A DNA stretch of 63,933 bases, filler included, from Octopus bimaculoides (Eukaryota), in NCBI RefSeq assembly GCF_001194135.2. It is 10 parts of 10 records of this genome, joined end to end, with 100 filler letters (N's around TTAATTAATTAA, not from the genome) between each part and the next. Parts side by side here need not be neighbours in the genome. Positions count along the whole stretch, not along the records: positions 24,460 to 31,546 come from NC_069000.1; positions 31,647 to 47,599 come from NC_068982.1; 8 more parts are not named here. One strand, written 5' to 3'. The position numbers were made by a program, and so were the translations under genes. Under the pieces are notes generated by a model. That model did no database searches and was not told where the DNA came from. It was given only the letters and a program-made list of their open reading frames with translations. Positions 24,519 through 37,147 of this stretch are shown here, piece by piece (positions within the stretch are counted from its first letter, which is position 1; each line of letters begins with the position of its first letter).

Positions 24519-24748
24519 CTATACGGCCAGACGTGAAAAATTATGTGTATGTGGAACGCTATGAAGCAACGAACTGGAAGCGGGACAGTAGTTCGCGTGT
24601 TTGCTTGGCGATAGCCAAGGAAGAAAAGAATTAGTACGTGGACACATGTGACCACGAGGGGTAAGGAAGAGAGAGTGGTAGAGGGAGAAACAAGGGGAGG
24701 AAGTAGAAAATAGGTGAGCAACGAGAGAAAGAGAGGAAGAGACAAATA

Positions 24749-24872
24749 TAGTAGTAACAGAAGGAAGAATGAGAGGGGGAAAGAGAGAGATATAGTAGTA
24801 ACAGAAGGAAGAACGAGAGGGGTAAAGAGAGATATACGTAGTAGTAACAGAAGAAAGAACGAGAGGGGGAAA
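24749..24872 (+). repeat. Three-copy 44-46-bp purine-rich minisatellite
   Basis: TAGTAGTAACAGAAGGAAGAATGAGAGGGG units starting at 24749, 24793 and 24839. Confidence 0.85.
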
Positions 24873-25413
24873 AGTTATAGAGATAGAGATAGATAGAGTC
24901 GCGTCAGAAAATATAAAGTTCAAACACTTACAGATATAGGGTAAAAATTAATAATTAATTAATAATTAGTAATTTTACCAAGTAGTTCAGTGTGTTAAAA
25001 AACCATTATCGGTAAAAGTTATATAAACATAATTAAAATTAGGGTTCAGCAAGAATTGCTTCACTACAAACCGAAAATTAGAAATAGCAGTCAAAACTAC
25101 TATTTCTCTACCAAAATATAATTGCCAGACAGACAAATACTCGCAACTACAAAGGCAAAAAAGAAAAAAAAATAACGAATTCACCCGGTTTTGATTAGTT
25201 GCAAACGCGTTTCAGGATTAAAGAGGTGTAAATCATATTAACCGACAAGGTCGAACAGTCGAACAAAATACGGTCTTGGTGCTAAGGAGACGAGAATAGT
25301 GCGTAACGCTCAGAAAATGTCTTGAAGTATGGAGAACGGAGAGACAAAGTAAATGAGACTGGTCAGCTACGCGATCAGTGTAAGAAAGGAGGGAAAAAGG
25401 GAACTGGCCAGAG

Positions 25414-25423
25414 GTCACGTGAC
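25414..25423. promoter_or_regulatory. Palindromic E-box GTCACGTGAC in a CpG-retaining stretch
   Basis: Exact 10-bp palindrome matching the USF/MiT-TFE-type bHLH-ZIP site; function unproven. Confidence 0.25.
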
Positions 25424-26546
25424 GGCGACAAACAGAACAGAAAGACAGCAATAGTGAGAGAGGAAGAGCGACAGAGAAAAAAGGAAAGGGATGAAGGGAA
25501 AAGAAAAGGAAAACGGGGTAAGAATGAGGGCAAGTGAGAGAGAGAGAGAGAGNNNNNNNNNNNNNNNNNNNNNNNNNNNNNNNNNNNNNNNNNNNNNNNN
25601 NNNNNNNNNNNNNNNNNNNNNNNNNNNNNNNNNNNNNNNNNNNNNNNNNNNNNNNNNNNNNNNNNNNNNNNNNNNNNNNNNNNNNNNNNNNNNNNNNNNN
25701 NNNNNNNNNNNNNNNNNNNNNNNNNNNNNNNNNNNNNNNNNNNNNNNNNNNNNNNNNNNNNNNNNNNNNNNNNNNNNNNNNNNNNNNNNNNNNNNNNNNN
25801 NNNNNNNNNNNNNNNNNNNNNNNNNNNNNNNNNNNNNNNNNNNNNNNNNNNNNNNNNNNNNNNNNNNNNNNNNNNNNNNNNNNNNNNNNNNNNNNNNNNN
25901 NNNNNNNNNNNNNNNNNNNNNNNNNNNNNNNNNNNNNNNNNNNNNNNNNNNNNNNNNNNNNNNNNNNNNNNNNNNNNNNNNNNNNNNNNNNNNNNNNNNN
26001 NNNNNNNNNNNNNNNNNNNNNNNNNNNNNNNNNNNNNNNNNNNNNNNNNNNNNNNNNNNNNNNNNNNNNNNNNNNNNNNNNNNNNNNNNNNNNNNNNNNN
26101 NNNNNNNNNNNNNNNNNNNNNNNNNNNNNNNNNNNNNNNNNNNNNNNNNNNNNNNNNNNNNNNNNNNNNNNNNNNNNNNNNNNNNNNNNNNNNNNNNNNN
26201 NNNNNNNNNNNNNNNNNNNNNNNNNNNNNNNNNNNNNNNNNNNNNNNNNNNNNNNNNNNNNNNNNNNNNNNNNNNNNNNNNNNNNNNNNNNNNNNNNNNN
26301 NNNNNNNNNNNNNNNNNNNNNNNNNNNNNNNNNNNNNNNNNNNNNNNNNNNNNNNNNNNNNNNNNNNNNNNNNNNNNNNNNNNNNNNNNNNNNNNNNNNN
26401 NNNNNNNNNNNNNNNNNNNNNNNNNNNNNNNNNNNNNNNNNNNNNNNNNNNNNNNNNNNNNNNNNNNNNNNNNNNNNNNNNNNNNNNNNNNNNNNNGAGA
26501 GAGAGAGAGAGAGAGAGTGACATAGACAGAGATAGAGACAGAAAAG

Positions 26547-26901
26547 AGTACTAAATTAGCGTTCGTGTGCTTATAAATTCCCTTTCTTCGTCGGTGATTG
26601 CAGCAAGCGCGTAAAAATTTGCTTCTATTGTGTGTAAATATATCTTTATGCCTGTTTCTCTGTATGAAAATTCAGACTTTCTTCAAAATATCAAAACTAG
26701 CAATTGCGTATGTTCAGAAACAAGTCAACGTTGGGGTCCTCTATTTGGTCGGTTGACCTTCTAGAACCAATAGTCAAATCTCCCTCAGATACCATCTTGT
26801 AAAAGGAATGGAGACATTGGTCAACATAGTACGAGATAAACCTAAAAATATTAGCTGGACATGGTGGGAATACCTCTTGTCATATATTTACATAATCAGA
26901 A
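26547..26901. repeat. Unclassified dispersed repeat, copy 1 (about 350 bp)
   Basis: Aligns end to end with 29860-30223; both copies start AGTACTAAATTAGCGTT right after a (GA)-type tract. Confidence 0.85.
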
Positions 26902-28334
26902 TTGACCAGAACTGCTGGAAGTGAGCGACATCACCCAGGCTGTTACATTCCTCAGATCATAATACGTCAATCTTTATTGCATATACTCGGTGATATCATA
27001 TTTCATGATTAAATCAAAACATCATTGTCATTCACTATTATTTGTGGGGCGTGAAGGGGAAAAGTAAAAAGGAAATAGGAAAGAAATGACGCTAAAATCG
27101 TATATTTATAGCAGCATTGGATCGGTGGTCAGAGAAAAAAATATTAAGGCTAAAGCAGAATGTTTTAATGGCTGGATTGATAAAATGTTATCGGAAGTTC
27201 AAATATATGGTAAAATTCATTTTGGCAGCTCTTATCACTATGAAGTAAGAGAGAAAAATTATGATTCAATTACAGAAAAATATTCTGATTGAACATTGTT
27301 GAGTAGCTATTAATTGGTTAAATCAGCAGACAGGCAACGTGTTGCAACGTAATATCACGCCTTATTTACTCAATCTCGAGGAGATGTTTTAGAGAGAAAC
27401 ATATGGATACAAATGCATATACACTTGGATATAGGTGTGAAAATAGGAGAAATTCCATTTAGGGATGACGGTATCGAATACAGAGAGGAATCAGAGAGTT
27501 AATTTCTAGGAAGAGGTAAAATTCAGTGAGAGAAGGAGATTATGTTGAAGTTTAAGGAAAACAGAACTGCGTTTTAAAGTTTATACACAACTATATTCGA
27601 TGAAATAAGCATCTGATACATGACATCGAAGAGGGGAGGCAACAGAAGAAATTTAAGGACCAGAAAGAGAAGTAATATGTTGAATTCTTCCCATGAAATT
27701 TGGTACGGCTACATATTGAAATAAAATATGCGATGGCTTCAGCAGGTTTAGTCAGGTAAGAATGATATATCAACTTTTTTCTTTCTTCATAAAATAAGTC
27801 AATTAACGGCTCACTTATTCGTCTAGTAGGAATTGAAGAACTTTTTGTATGTATGGATGTATATATATATATATATATATATATNNNNNNNNNNNNNNNN
27901 NNNNNNNNNNNNNNNNNNNNNNNNNNNNNNNNNNNNNNNNNNNNNNNNNNNNNNNNNNNNNNNNNNNNNNNNNNNNNNNNNNNNNNNNNNNNNNNNNNNN
28001 NNNNNNNNNNNNNNNNNNNNNNNNNNNNNNNNNNNNNNNNNNNNNNNNNNNNNNNNNNNNNNNNNNNNNNNNNNNNNNNNNNNNNNNNNNNNNNNNNNNN
28101 NNNNNNNNNNNNNNNNNNNNNNNNNNNNNNNNNNNNNNNNNNNNNNNNNNNNNNNNNGTGCGCAAAGTCAAAATGTTTCGCATCTGTTGAAACACGTTGA
28201 CCAGTGATATTTTAAAAACTCCATGTCTCCTTTCCCCTTCCTTTCCTTTACATTCATAGGTTTCTTTTCTTTGCGGCATTCAACTTCATACATATAATCA
28301 TCTTATGTTTTGCTTCTACGTTGAAGCATGGAAC

Positions 28335-28420
28335 TGTAAGTTCAGGGCGGAATTTGAATGTAAAACGTAAGGACGAATGAAATGCTGCTAAGCGTTTTGT
28401 CCAGCGTGCTAACGATACTG
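28335..28420 (-). mobile_element. SINE family A head fragment
   Basis: GGCGGAATTTGAA...AAATGCTGCTAAGCG...GCGTGCTAACGATACTGCCAGTTC. Confidence 0.65.
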
Positions 28421-28492
28421 CCAGTTCCCTATAGTACCAATATTTCTGTAATATATTTTTCTCTTAACAACGTTAGGAGCTTGTTCTCTGTC

Positions 28493-28541
<49 letters not shown>

Positions 28542-29214
28542 TACGTACATACATACAATTTTGCTGTCACTGCTTGATGTAATATTTTAAAATGCATTTG
28601 TACTGAAACTGGTTATAGTATGTCTTTACAGATACATATTTTTCTCTTCCTCTCTCATCAACATTAGAAGCTTGCTTGCCTGCGATGCACCCACAGATTC
28701 CCACTCAACATCCTCTACAATAAGTCTTTTACTTTGTAGCGTTTTCTGTCTTGGAAATCATAACAACAAATTTCAGCCTGCCAGCCTATAGCGATCTCGA
28801 TACGTGAAATATTTTCTTTCAAAGAACTCAGCGATTGAGTGCTCTCAAAATGTTAACACTATAGAGATATACAACTAGTGTCAACATCTAAACGAAAAGC
28901 AAGATTAAAAGAGAACGCTGGACATATGACATCTATAGGAAGTGCTCCATGCATTCTACCCAGCAGCGTTCTTCCCAAAACACACAAGCACCAATAGAGT
29001 GGCATATGAATTCTGGAGGGAAAAATAGTAAGGCAAGTAAAACACTAAACAAACTAGGGATCATGAAAAGGTTTATTTTACATATGGCTAAAGTACCCAA
29101 AAGCGATATATANNNNNNNNNNNNNNNNNNNNNNNNNNNNNNNNNNNNNNNNNNNNNNNNNNNNNNNNNNNNNNNNNNNNNNNNNNNNNNNNNNNNNNNN
29201 NNNNNNNNNNNNNN

Positions 29215-29250
<36 letters not shown>

Positions 29251-29252
<2 letters not shown>

Positions 29253-29660
29253 GTATGTGATGTGCTGTGAATTTATGGAAAGGAATCCCATAAACTGAAC
29301 AATTTTGTTAAAAATGGAGATGTTAAAATATACAAGTGAATTTTAATTCATGCAGACGATCGTTTCGTGCAGAGATATACAAATCATGTAAATTCATGAT
29401 TGAATTGAATTAATTAAATTATGTATATCTGCGATATAAAATGAATTAAATTAATTTAATTAATTCAATTTAATTATTTTAATTTAATCAATTCAATTCA
29501 ACCATGAATTTTGATGATTTTTTATATTTCTGTACGAAACGATCGCGTGTATGAATTAAAATTCTCATATAAATTTTAACATCTTCTCTTCTCCATTTTT
29601 AACAAAATTGTTGAGTTTTATGTGATTTATTTCCATAAATTCACAACACATCCTATACAA
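29251..29660. mobile_element. AT-rich foldback element (about 410 bp, arms about 170-180 bp)
   Basis: TTGTATGTGATGTGCTGTGAATTTATGGAA...ACAATTTTGTTAAAAATGGAG...GATCGTTTCGTGCAG is mirrored by CTGTACGAAACGATC...CTCCATTTTTAACAAAATTGT...TTCCATAAATTCACAACACATCCTATACAA. Confidence 0.85.
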
Positions 29661-29774
29661 GTATTATTTTCATATTCGCAAATTTACGCCTGTAAACTAC
29701 CAGCAAAATATGAAGAATCAATATTAGAAATCTTTTTTGGAAACTTCCAAATTAAAGGACGAATCTAACTCAAC

Positions 29775-29823
<49 letters not shown>

Positions 29824-29859
29824 CATATACAGAGAGAGAGAGAGAGAGAGGGGGGGGAT

Positions 29860-30223
29860 AGTACTAAATTAGCGTTGGTGTGCTTGTAAATTCCTTTTCT
29901 TCGTCGGTTATTGTAGCAAGCATGTGAAAATTTATTTTCATTGTACGTAAATATGCTTTTATGCCTGTATCTGCGTTTGAAAATTGAAACTTTCTTCAAA
30001 TTATCAAAACTAGCAATTGAGTATGATCAGGTACAAGCCAAAGTTGGGAGCCTCTATTTGGTCGGCTGAACTTCTATATCCAATAGTCAAATCTCCCTCA
30101 GATACCATCCTACCATCTTGCAAAAGGAAAGGAGACACTAGTTTAATATAGTACAAGATAAACCGAAAAACATTAGCTGGACATGGTGGGAACACCTCTG
30201 GTCATATATTTACGAAATCAGAA
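29860..30223. repeat. Unclassified dispersed repeat, copy 2
   Basis: Direct-orientation homologue of 26547-26901. Confidence 0.85.
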
Positions 30224-30479
30224 CACAAACGAAAGAGATATTACAAAACAGCTATCCTCGCAAGAAATGCACAGTATAGCAAGTCAAAAACGCACGCAGA
30301 GAAACGAAACTAGAAATACTGAGGACACTAAAACAACAAAATACAAAGATGCGACAATTTACCTGTGTGAAAGAAGCTTATATATAGTGTGTAATTTATT
30401 ATGTCTAGTGGGTATTTTTTGTGTCGTTCGTGGATGCTCATTTTCATCTTATGTTTCATAACAGGGGGATATTCGAAAT

Positions 30480-31070
30480 TATTGGCTATTTCCGGTTTAT
30501 TTTTGAATTTAGAATTTTCATAAAGTATTTTCTGTTGCCTTTCCTAGTTTATCATTTTTGTCTCTTATTCTGTAAAAGGAGACAATTCAAAATTTTCCAT
30601 TTGTGAAAATATCCACTTGTTGACTAAATGCAACACTTCTGTGAGGTGAACTTTTGATTTGTTCTTTATACACGTTCACATGACTGGTTAGTTTTGTCAC
30701 TGTACCTCCAATGTAATTCTCATTGCACAGTGGGTATGTGACGCAGGAAAGAAAATTTTTTGTTTTGCAATTCATTATAGCATTCATTTTCAATTCCTTC
30801 CCATGAGAGTTGTTTCTTGCTCACTTATTTCACATCGAGAGTCTCCAGAGTTTATTATTGTATTATTCTTTTTCCTATGTGAATCTCGCTTTTGTTAGAA
30901 GTCTCTTGAGATTTGGTGGTTGTCTTTGGCTGTTGATGATTTCTGATATTTTAATAATTTGTCGGACATTTGATGGTTTATGTGGAAGTAGAAAATATCG
31001 TTTGGCTGAATGTAGGTTGTTGTGGTTCCTAGGATTTTTAAAATATAGCAATCTTCAAAACATACCAAAA
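30480..31070 (-). pseudogene. Penelope-like retroelement linker + GIY-YIG endonuclease remnant
   Basis: The minus strand encodes ...NPRNHNN...IINSQRQPPNLKRLLTKARF... then MNCKTKNFLSCVTYPLCNENYIGGTVTKLTSHVNVYKEQIK...GKF*. RQPPNL and C-x2-C-x3-YIG-x-T-like motifs are typical of PLE C-termini; stops and frameshifts are present. Confidence 0.85.
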
Positions 31071-33124
31071 TATAAGTGTGTACATATATAAGTGTGTGAG
31101 TGTGTATGTGTGTGTGTATAAAATTATGCCAGGTTGTATGTGCAACTGCTCATACTCTATGCAGAGGAAAGACGTGTAGGTCTCCATAACCTCAATGTAT
31201 GCTGTATGAAATTGTACAATAAATGAAATTAGATTTTGAAGATGTACCATTCTCCATACTCTGTACCATTAAAAGTATATATATGTATGTATATATATCC
31301 GCAATTATGCATGTAAGTATCTATGAAAAGAGAGAGGGAGGAAGAGGGATCAACATTAAATTGTTATATAAATATATTCAAACTTACATGGATATTCTGA
31401 AGAGGTGCCTACATTTCATTATCTATAATCACTCTATATTCCAATACAAACATATATATACATATATATACATATATGTACATACATAAATAAATATATA
31501 TATATACATACATAAATGAATATATATATATATATATATATATATANNNNNNNNNNNNNNNNNNNNNNNNNNNNNNNNNNNNNNNNNNNNTTAATTAATT
31601 AANNNNNNNNNNNNNNNNNNNNNNNNNNNNNNNNNNNNNNNNNNNNTAAATTTATAAATTTAAAAATGTGCAAATTATATCAGCAGCAGACTAAAATCAT
31701 TCAATTTATGGATGATTTAAATCTGCTGCAATATTTCGCGCGTAGAGGAAGAAATGCGCATTTGATATTGCTACCACCGCTGCAGTATTAATTTGAAATA
31801 GTAAATTGATATATTTCTGCGCTTTTAACACTATACCTTTATAAGAGAAACTATAACCCAGCGAATACCATTGTTAATTACGATGTCAATGGTGTATCTG
31901 CCTGTGATACGGATGGTTATATTAAACTGATACTACTTCTATCGAATATACCCAAATTTTATTCAATCCACCGACTCATAACTAAATTAATATGTTTTCG
32001 ATCATCGGTTAATATATCGGTAGTGACTGATTTTGCCTTACCATGCGTTTGTTAGTTGAATCTTGCTACTGATGATACCGAAAGAGCCATAAATGCGCAT
32101 TTAGGAAGTGGCACCCCCCTCCTTGACGTTTTCGATTCTTAGGTGCTATTAATAATTGTAACTGTTTCGGAATGGTATACGTGTACCAAAAGTAATATCT
32201 CATGTCGACTACTGCATTTAATTATGGTTCCGGTGATGTATCTGCTTTAAGTATAATATGAATACATAGTTACATATCCACATACATGCATACATTCATA
32301 CGCGCGCACATGGACATCCACACCCCCGCATGCACACTGGCACACACGCACACACGCATATATGGCCATGTGCATATGCATACATGCTGATAGATATATG
32401 TGTTCGTATATGTGTGTATATATATTGTATGACTCTAATCCTAATTGCTGATAACCCATTTTGTTTTTATCTCCAACACATAAATGATATATTTATGGTA
32501 TGTCATGAATATAAATAAGCTATATTTGAAAATCCTTCTCTATTCAAATCAATGTCGTCGATAATCTCATGAATCTTACATCAAATACATTTTTGAAAAA
32601 TGGTCACGCATCCAAATTCTGATTAAGTTTTGTCATTAATTTTGTTCTAACGTATTCAATTCTGTCTTGGTTCTCCTAAAAATTAGTATATATTCGCATG
32701 TATAGGTTGTAATCATGCCTTTAAACGGTTGTATGTTAATGCATATATGTATGTGCATGTATCTAGTTTTTGTGAAATATTCGGTTGTTTAATAAATTTG
32801 TATATCATTAAATTCTCCATTACAATACACTTATTAAAGTGATATATGTTTTTTTTTTGTTTTTAATTGAGTTCTTTATTTTGCTTGAAATTTTTCCATA
32901 TATTTCTGCATGAAAGCTAAGCGATTCAGAATACCGCTAAACAGTGCTATTGGTTCCCTATTGTATGAGAGGAAAAGAAAATCAGACATGGTATAGTTTC
33001 AAATGCGATATCGATTTCTCGGTCGGTGCTGCTTATCCACGGCGTAGCATAAAAAATACTTTTCATGAAGAAGCCAACCGCCTGAAATAGCAGCAGAATC
33101 TCCTCGAAATCATATCTTATTGTT

Positions 33125-33400
33125 TTAAATAATGTCCATCCAGGGCATGGTGGCGAACCCTGCTGTACTCTTCCACCACAACTTTCTCTCACTCTTACTT
33201 CCTGTCTCTGTTGTGCCTGTAATTCAAAGCCTTGTCACACTGCGTCACGCTGAATATCCCCGAGAACTACGTTAAGGGTACACGTGTCTGTGGAGTGCTC
33301 AGCCACTTGCACGTTAATTTCACGAACAAGCTGTTCCGTTGAACGGATCAACTGGGACCCTCGACGTCGTAAGCGATGGAGTGCCAACAACAACAACAAC
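33125..33400 (+). mobile_element. SINE with family D body and family C 3' tail, (AAC)n end
   Basis: GGTGGCGAACCCTGC... joined to CTTGTCACACTGCGTCACGCTGAATATCCCCGAGAACTACGTTAAGGGTACACGTGTCTGTGGAGTGCTCAGCC...GGAGTGCCAACAACAAC. Confidence 0.8.
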
Positions 33401-33904
33401 ATACCTATACAGTGTGAGGTAAAATTCGTAATAAAAATCCGAGTGCTTGAATATACATATGGTAAAGATGTGTTCAGATGGAAAAAAGCGGCTGATATGT
33501 GGCTACAGTTATTTTATCAGTATTTCTTAGGGTCTTCCCTATGTTATCAAAGTGATTTCTGATAAAGGCACTAGGTTGTAAGTTTAAGAGTACGTGGATC
33601 GAAGCATTTAATTTGATAAATACTTGTATATTCATAAGTATCAGGAGAATTTGAACAGAGGAAGCAGAGTGCTGTTAATAATTACCGTTAGACAGTATTT
33701 TCCGACATGCTAATTATTGTCTCAATCTTTGCCACTTCATATTTTTCACAATATCGCTGAATCCGTTTGAAATATTCTATTTACAAGCAGTAGTTTACGT
33801 TCCATTTTCACTCTAATATGTTCAGCATTGTCAAAACATACAACAAACATCGTGTTTTAGGAAATTCCTGATAGAAGTAGGAACTACTCTCAGTTAAAAT
33901 CGGT

Positions 33905-34225
33905 CTCAAAATCTAGCGCAAGACCAGCAAGATTGGTGAAGGGATTACGTTAATTACATTGAACCCAATGTACAACTGATGCTTATTTTACCGACCAGCG
34001 AAAGGATAAAAGGCAAGGTCAACCTCGGCAGAATGTAAAGTCGGACGAAATGCCACTAACCAATTTTCCCGGCGTGCTAACGATTCTGCCATCACGCCGT
34101 TTCAATGCTTAGTTAATATTGGTTTCAAATATTGACACAAGACAAGTAATATTGGAGGAGGGTTAAGTCAATAGCATCAATCCCAGTGGTCAAATGGTAC
34201 TTGCATCATCGACCCCGAGATGCTG
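33905..34225 (-). mobile_element. SINE family A copy plus adjacent partial copy
   Basis: GAAAGGATAAAAGGCAAGGTCAACCTCGGCAGAAT...GGCGTGCTAACGATTCTGCC... Confidence 0.7.
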
Positions 34226-35204
34226 AAATGATTCTCTCAGGTAGCCGCCCTGTACCCAGTTAATATTGCTGGCTATTTTGATTCGTCAGCAATAACTGTA
34301 TTTTATAATGATGAACTTAAAATTATTTTACAATGGGAAGCATTAAAAAAAATCTATTTCTTCAAAATGGAATGCGTAATTGTGCCTGGGGCACGAGACA
34401 AGACGTTTACAATTTGGCAAACATTGTCGATGTGACTACATATTTTCAAATTAGATACTGACAAATATTGACGTTTACAAATATTAATATAGAACAGAGA
34501 ACACCGATAATAAGCTGATATTACAACTTATACGTTTGATCTTGTCAGAAACACAATTAGCTAAATGAGATGACACGCTGCTATCAATTAAATACTTCCT
34601 TCCTAAAAATTCTGATATCTGAAATAAATTTGATCATCGATGTAGTGTAAATATAATGTAAAATGTCTGATATTAATTATCACTTTTTACATCTTTAAAT
34701 TTATATCTATTTTCTTTACTAAATATCCTTAATTTAACAGTGAAATGAAATCTCGTGTGATTGGTGGTATAACGAAATTACTGATACTAAATTTGTTTTA
34801 AGAAAAAACAATCTATGTCAGACCTAATCATTGCTTAATTTGATATTACGACTAGTAGCCATAACTATAAGAACGAAGACACGCATAAAAATTAATGTGA
34901 TAGAAAGGATTATTTATGGCTGGCTTTAATGAAACGGTACAATAAATGGAATTTATATACGCTTCATATTATTAATTTGGAATGAAAGCGCTATCACGTT
35001 TTTGACATGACAACTTTGAGGATGCTTGTCAATTCGACGTTAAAATACAAATCAAGTTTTGCATTCTAATCTTATTACCTTTCATTGCCTATTATTTTGT
35101 CATAGTGGTTAAACTCGTAGACATTTTAACCGTATTAAAATGAGTTTAGATCAAATACTTATCAGACGCTATGCAGCTTCAGAATGGGCCTTTCTCCAAT
35201 GGAA

Positions 35205-35345
35205 AAGGCAAGAAATATTCTTTTCTACTCTAGGCACAAGGCCCTAAAATTTTGGGAAGGGCGCCAGTCAATTAGATGTATCCCAGTACGCAACTGGCAC
35301 TTACTTTATCGACCCCGAAAGGATGAAAATACAGGCAAAAAATAT
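35205..35345 (-). mobile_element. SINE family A 3' fragment
   Basis: CTAGGCACAAGGCCC...GATGTATCCCAGTACGCAACTGGCACTTACTTTATCGACCCCGAAAGGATGAAA. Confidence 0.7.
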
Positions 35346-35788
35346 TGTTCTGTCTATATAAATGAACTTTTAATTATACGTACATGTCAACGACGAGTTT
35401 GACCGATTTCGCTCGTGTGATTTCTCACTTACAGATTCTCCTCAATCTGGACGACTACGTTTGTCTATCAAACTTCAGATTTGAATACGGTATTTGCGTA
35501 GAATTGGAAACAAACAGCACGAGAATTTACATTACTGTCAGAGTAGGCCATATTTCGAAAATAAAACTCCTTCATTAACTAAAAAAACCTTGAAGCTTGG
35601 TCAGTGGGTCTATTATTTTTCAGAGCTTCCACCGCTCGTAATTTGCGAGTAGAAATACTTCTAAATATTTTCTAGGTAGAATTATCATTATTGATGAAAA
35701 GGAGGTCTTCTAAATATATATATATATATTCAACCAAAACCCTAATGGTTAACACCATATGAAAGCCAAACAAAAACTACACCCAAAA

Positions 35789-36030
35789 TTCGAGGCGGTA
35801 TCAAAAAGGTCCTGAGCTAGTTCTGTAGTGCGCCAACATGTGGCAGCACTCTATTGCGTTGCAATAACAGGTTGCAGTGACGTTCATGAGGGAGTGCACC
35901 GAGTTACAGCGTTGTTTTTACTTAGCAGGTTGTGAAATTTGTGTTTTTATGATCGCGTGTATGCTGTTGTCTGTGATTTTGTTATGGAAAGGAACAAAGA
36001 GCCAACGTGAAATTTTGCTTCGACCTTACA
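35789..36030 (+). mobile_element. Mariner 5' end remnant
   Basis: CGAGGCGGTATCAAAAAGGTCC TIR-like start; GAACAAAGAGCCAACGTGAAATTTTGCTTC encodes EQRANVKFCF. Homologous to 23598-23832. Confidence 0.75.
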
Positions 36031-36228
36031 TTGGTAACATTTTGCAATTTTGTGCATATTACGTTCCAAACATTCTTTGATTCAGGATATTTTTTTTATT
36101 TACTATATATTTTCGCAGATTTTGAATTACTTTTATAACTACTCTGCTTATACATACATACATACATGCATACATGTATACATACATACCTCATTTTATT
36201 TAACCTATATATACACATACATATATAT

Positions 36229-36535
36229 AGGAGTGGCTGTGTGGTAAGTAGCTTGCTTACCAAACACATGGTCCCGGGTTCAGTCCCACTACGTGGCATC
36301 TTGGGCAAGTGTCTTCTACTATAGCCTCGGGCCGACCAAAGCCTTGTGAGTGGATTTGGTAGACGGAAAACTGAAAGAAGCCTGTCATATATATGTATAT
36401 ATATATGTATATGTGTGTGTGTTTGTATGTCTGTGTTTGTCCCCCCCCCCAACATGGCTTGACAACCGATGATGGTGTGTTTATGTCCCCGTATCTTAGC
36501 GGTTCGGCAAAAGAGACCGATAGAATAAGTACTAG
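36229..36535 (+). mobile_element. tRNA-headed SINE family B (3' end in gap)
   Basis: GGAGTGGCTGTGTGGTAAG (A box), GGTTCAGTCCC (B box), CTTGGGCAAGTGTCTTCTACTATAGCCTCGGGCCGACCAAAGCC, internal (TA)(TG) tract. Confidence 0.9.
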
Positions 36536-37102
36536 NNNNNNNNNNNNNNNNNNNNNNNNNNNNNNNNNNNNNNNNNNNNNNNNNNNNNNNNNNNNNNNNN
36601 NNNNNNNNNNNNNNNNNNNNNNNNNNNNNNNNNNNNNNNNNNNNNNNNNNNNNNNNNNNNNNNNNNNNNNNNNNNNNNNNNNNNNNNNNNNNNNNNNNNN
36701 NNNNNNNNNNNNNNNNNNNNNNNNNNNNNNNNNNNNNNNNNNNNNNNNNNNNNNNNNNNNNNNNNNNNNNNNNNNNNNNNNNNNNNNNNNNNNNNNNNNN
36801 NNNNNNNNNNNNNNNNNNNNNNNNNNNNNNNNNNNNNNNNNNNNNNNNNNNNNNNNNNNNNNNNNNNNNNNNNNNNNNNNNNNNNNNNNNNNNNNNNNNN
36901 NNNNNNNNNNNNNNNNNNNNNNNNNNNNNNNNNNNNNNNNNNNNNNNNNNNNNNNNNNNNNNNNNNNNNNNNNNNNNNNNNNNNNNNNNNNNNNNNNNNN
37001 NNNNNNNNNNNNNNNNNNNNNNNNNNNNNNNNNNNNNNNNNNNNNNNNNNNNNNNNNNNNNNNNNNNNNNNNNNNNNNNNNNNNNNNNNNNNNNNNNNNN
37101 NN

Positions 37103-37147
<45 letters not shown>

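Noticed and set aside
27086-27292. KAECFN-containing ORF as a CR1 ORF2 fragment
   Set aside because: A single short motif with no supporting context.
30420-30460. Possible hammerhead downstream of the GIY-YIG remnant (GATGAAAATGAGCATCCACGAACG on the minus strand)
   Set aside because: Too many core mismatches to call.
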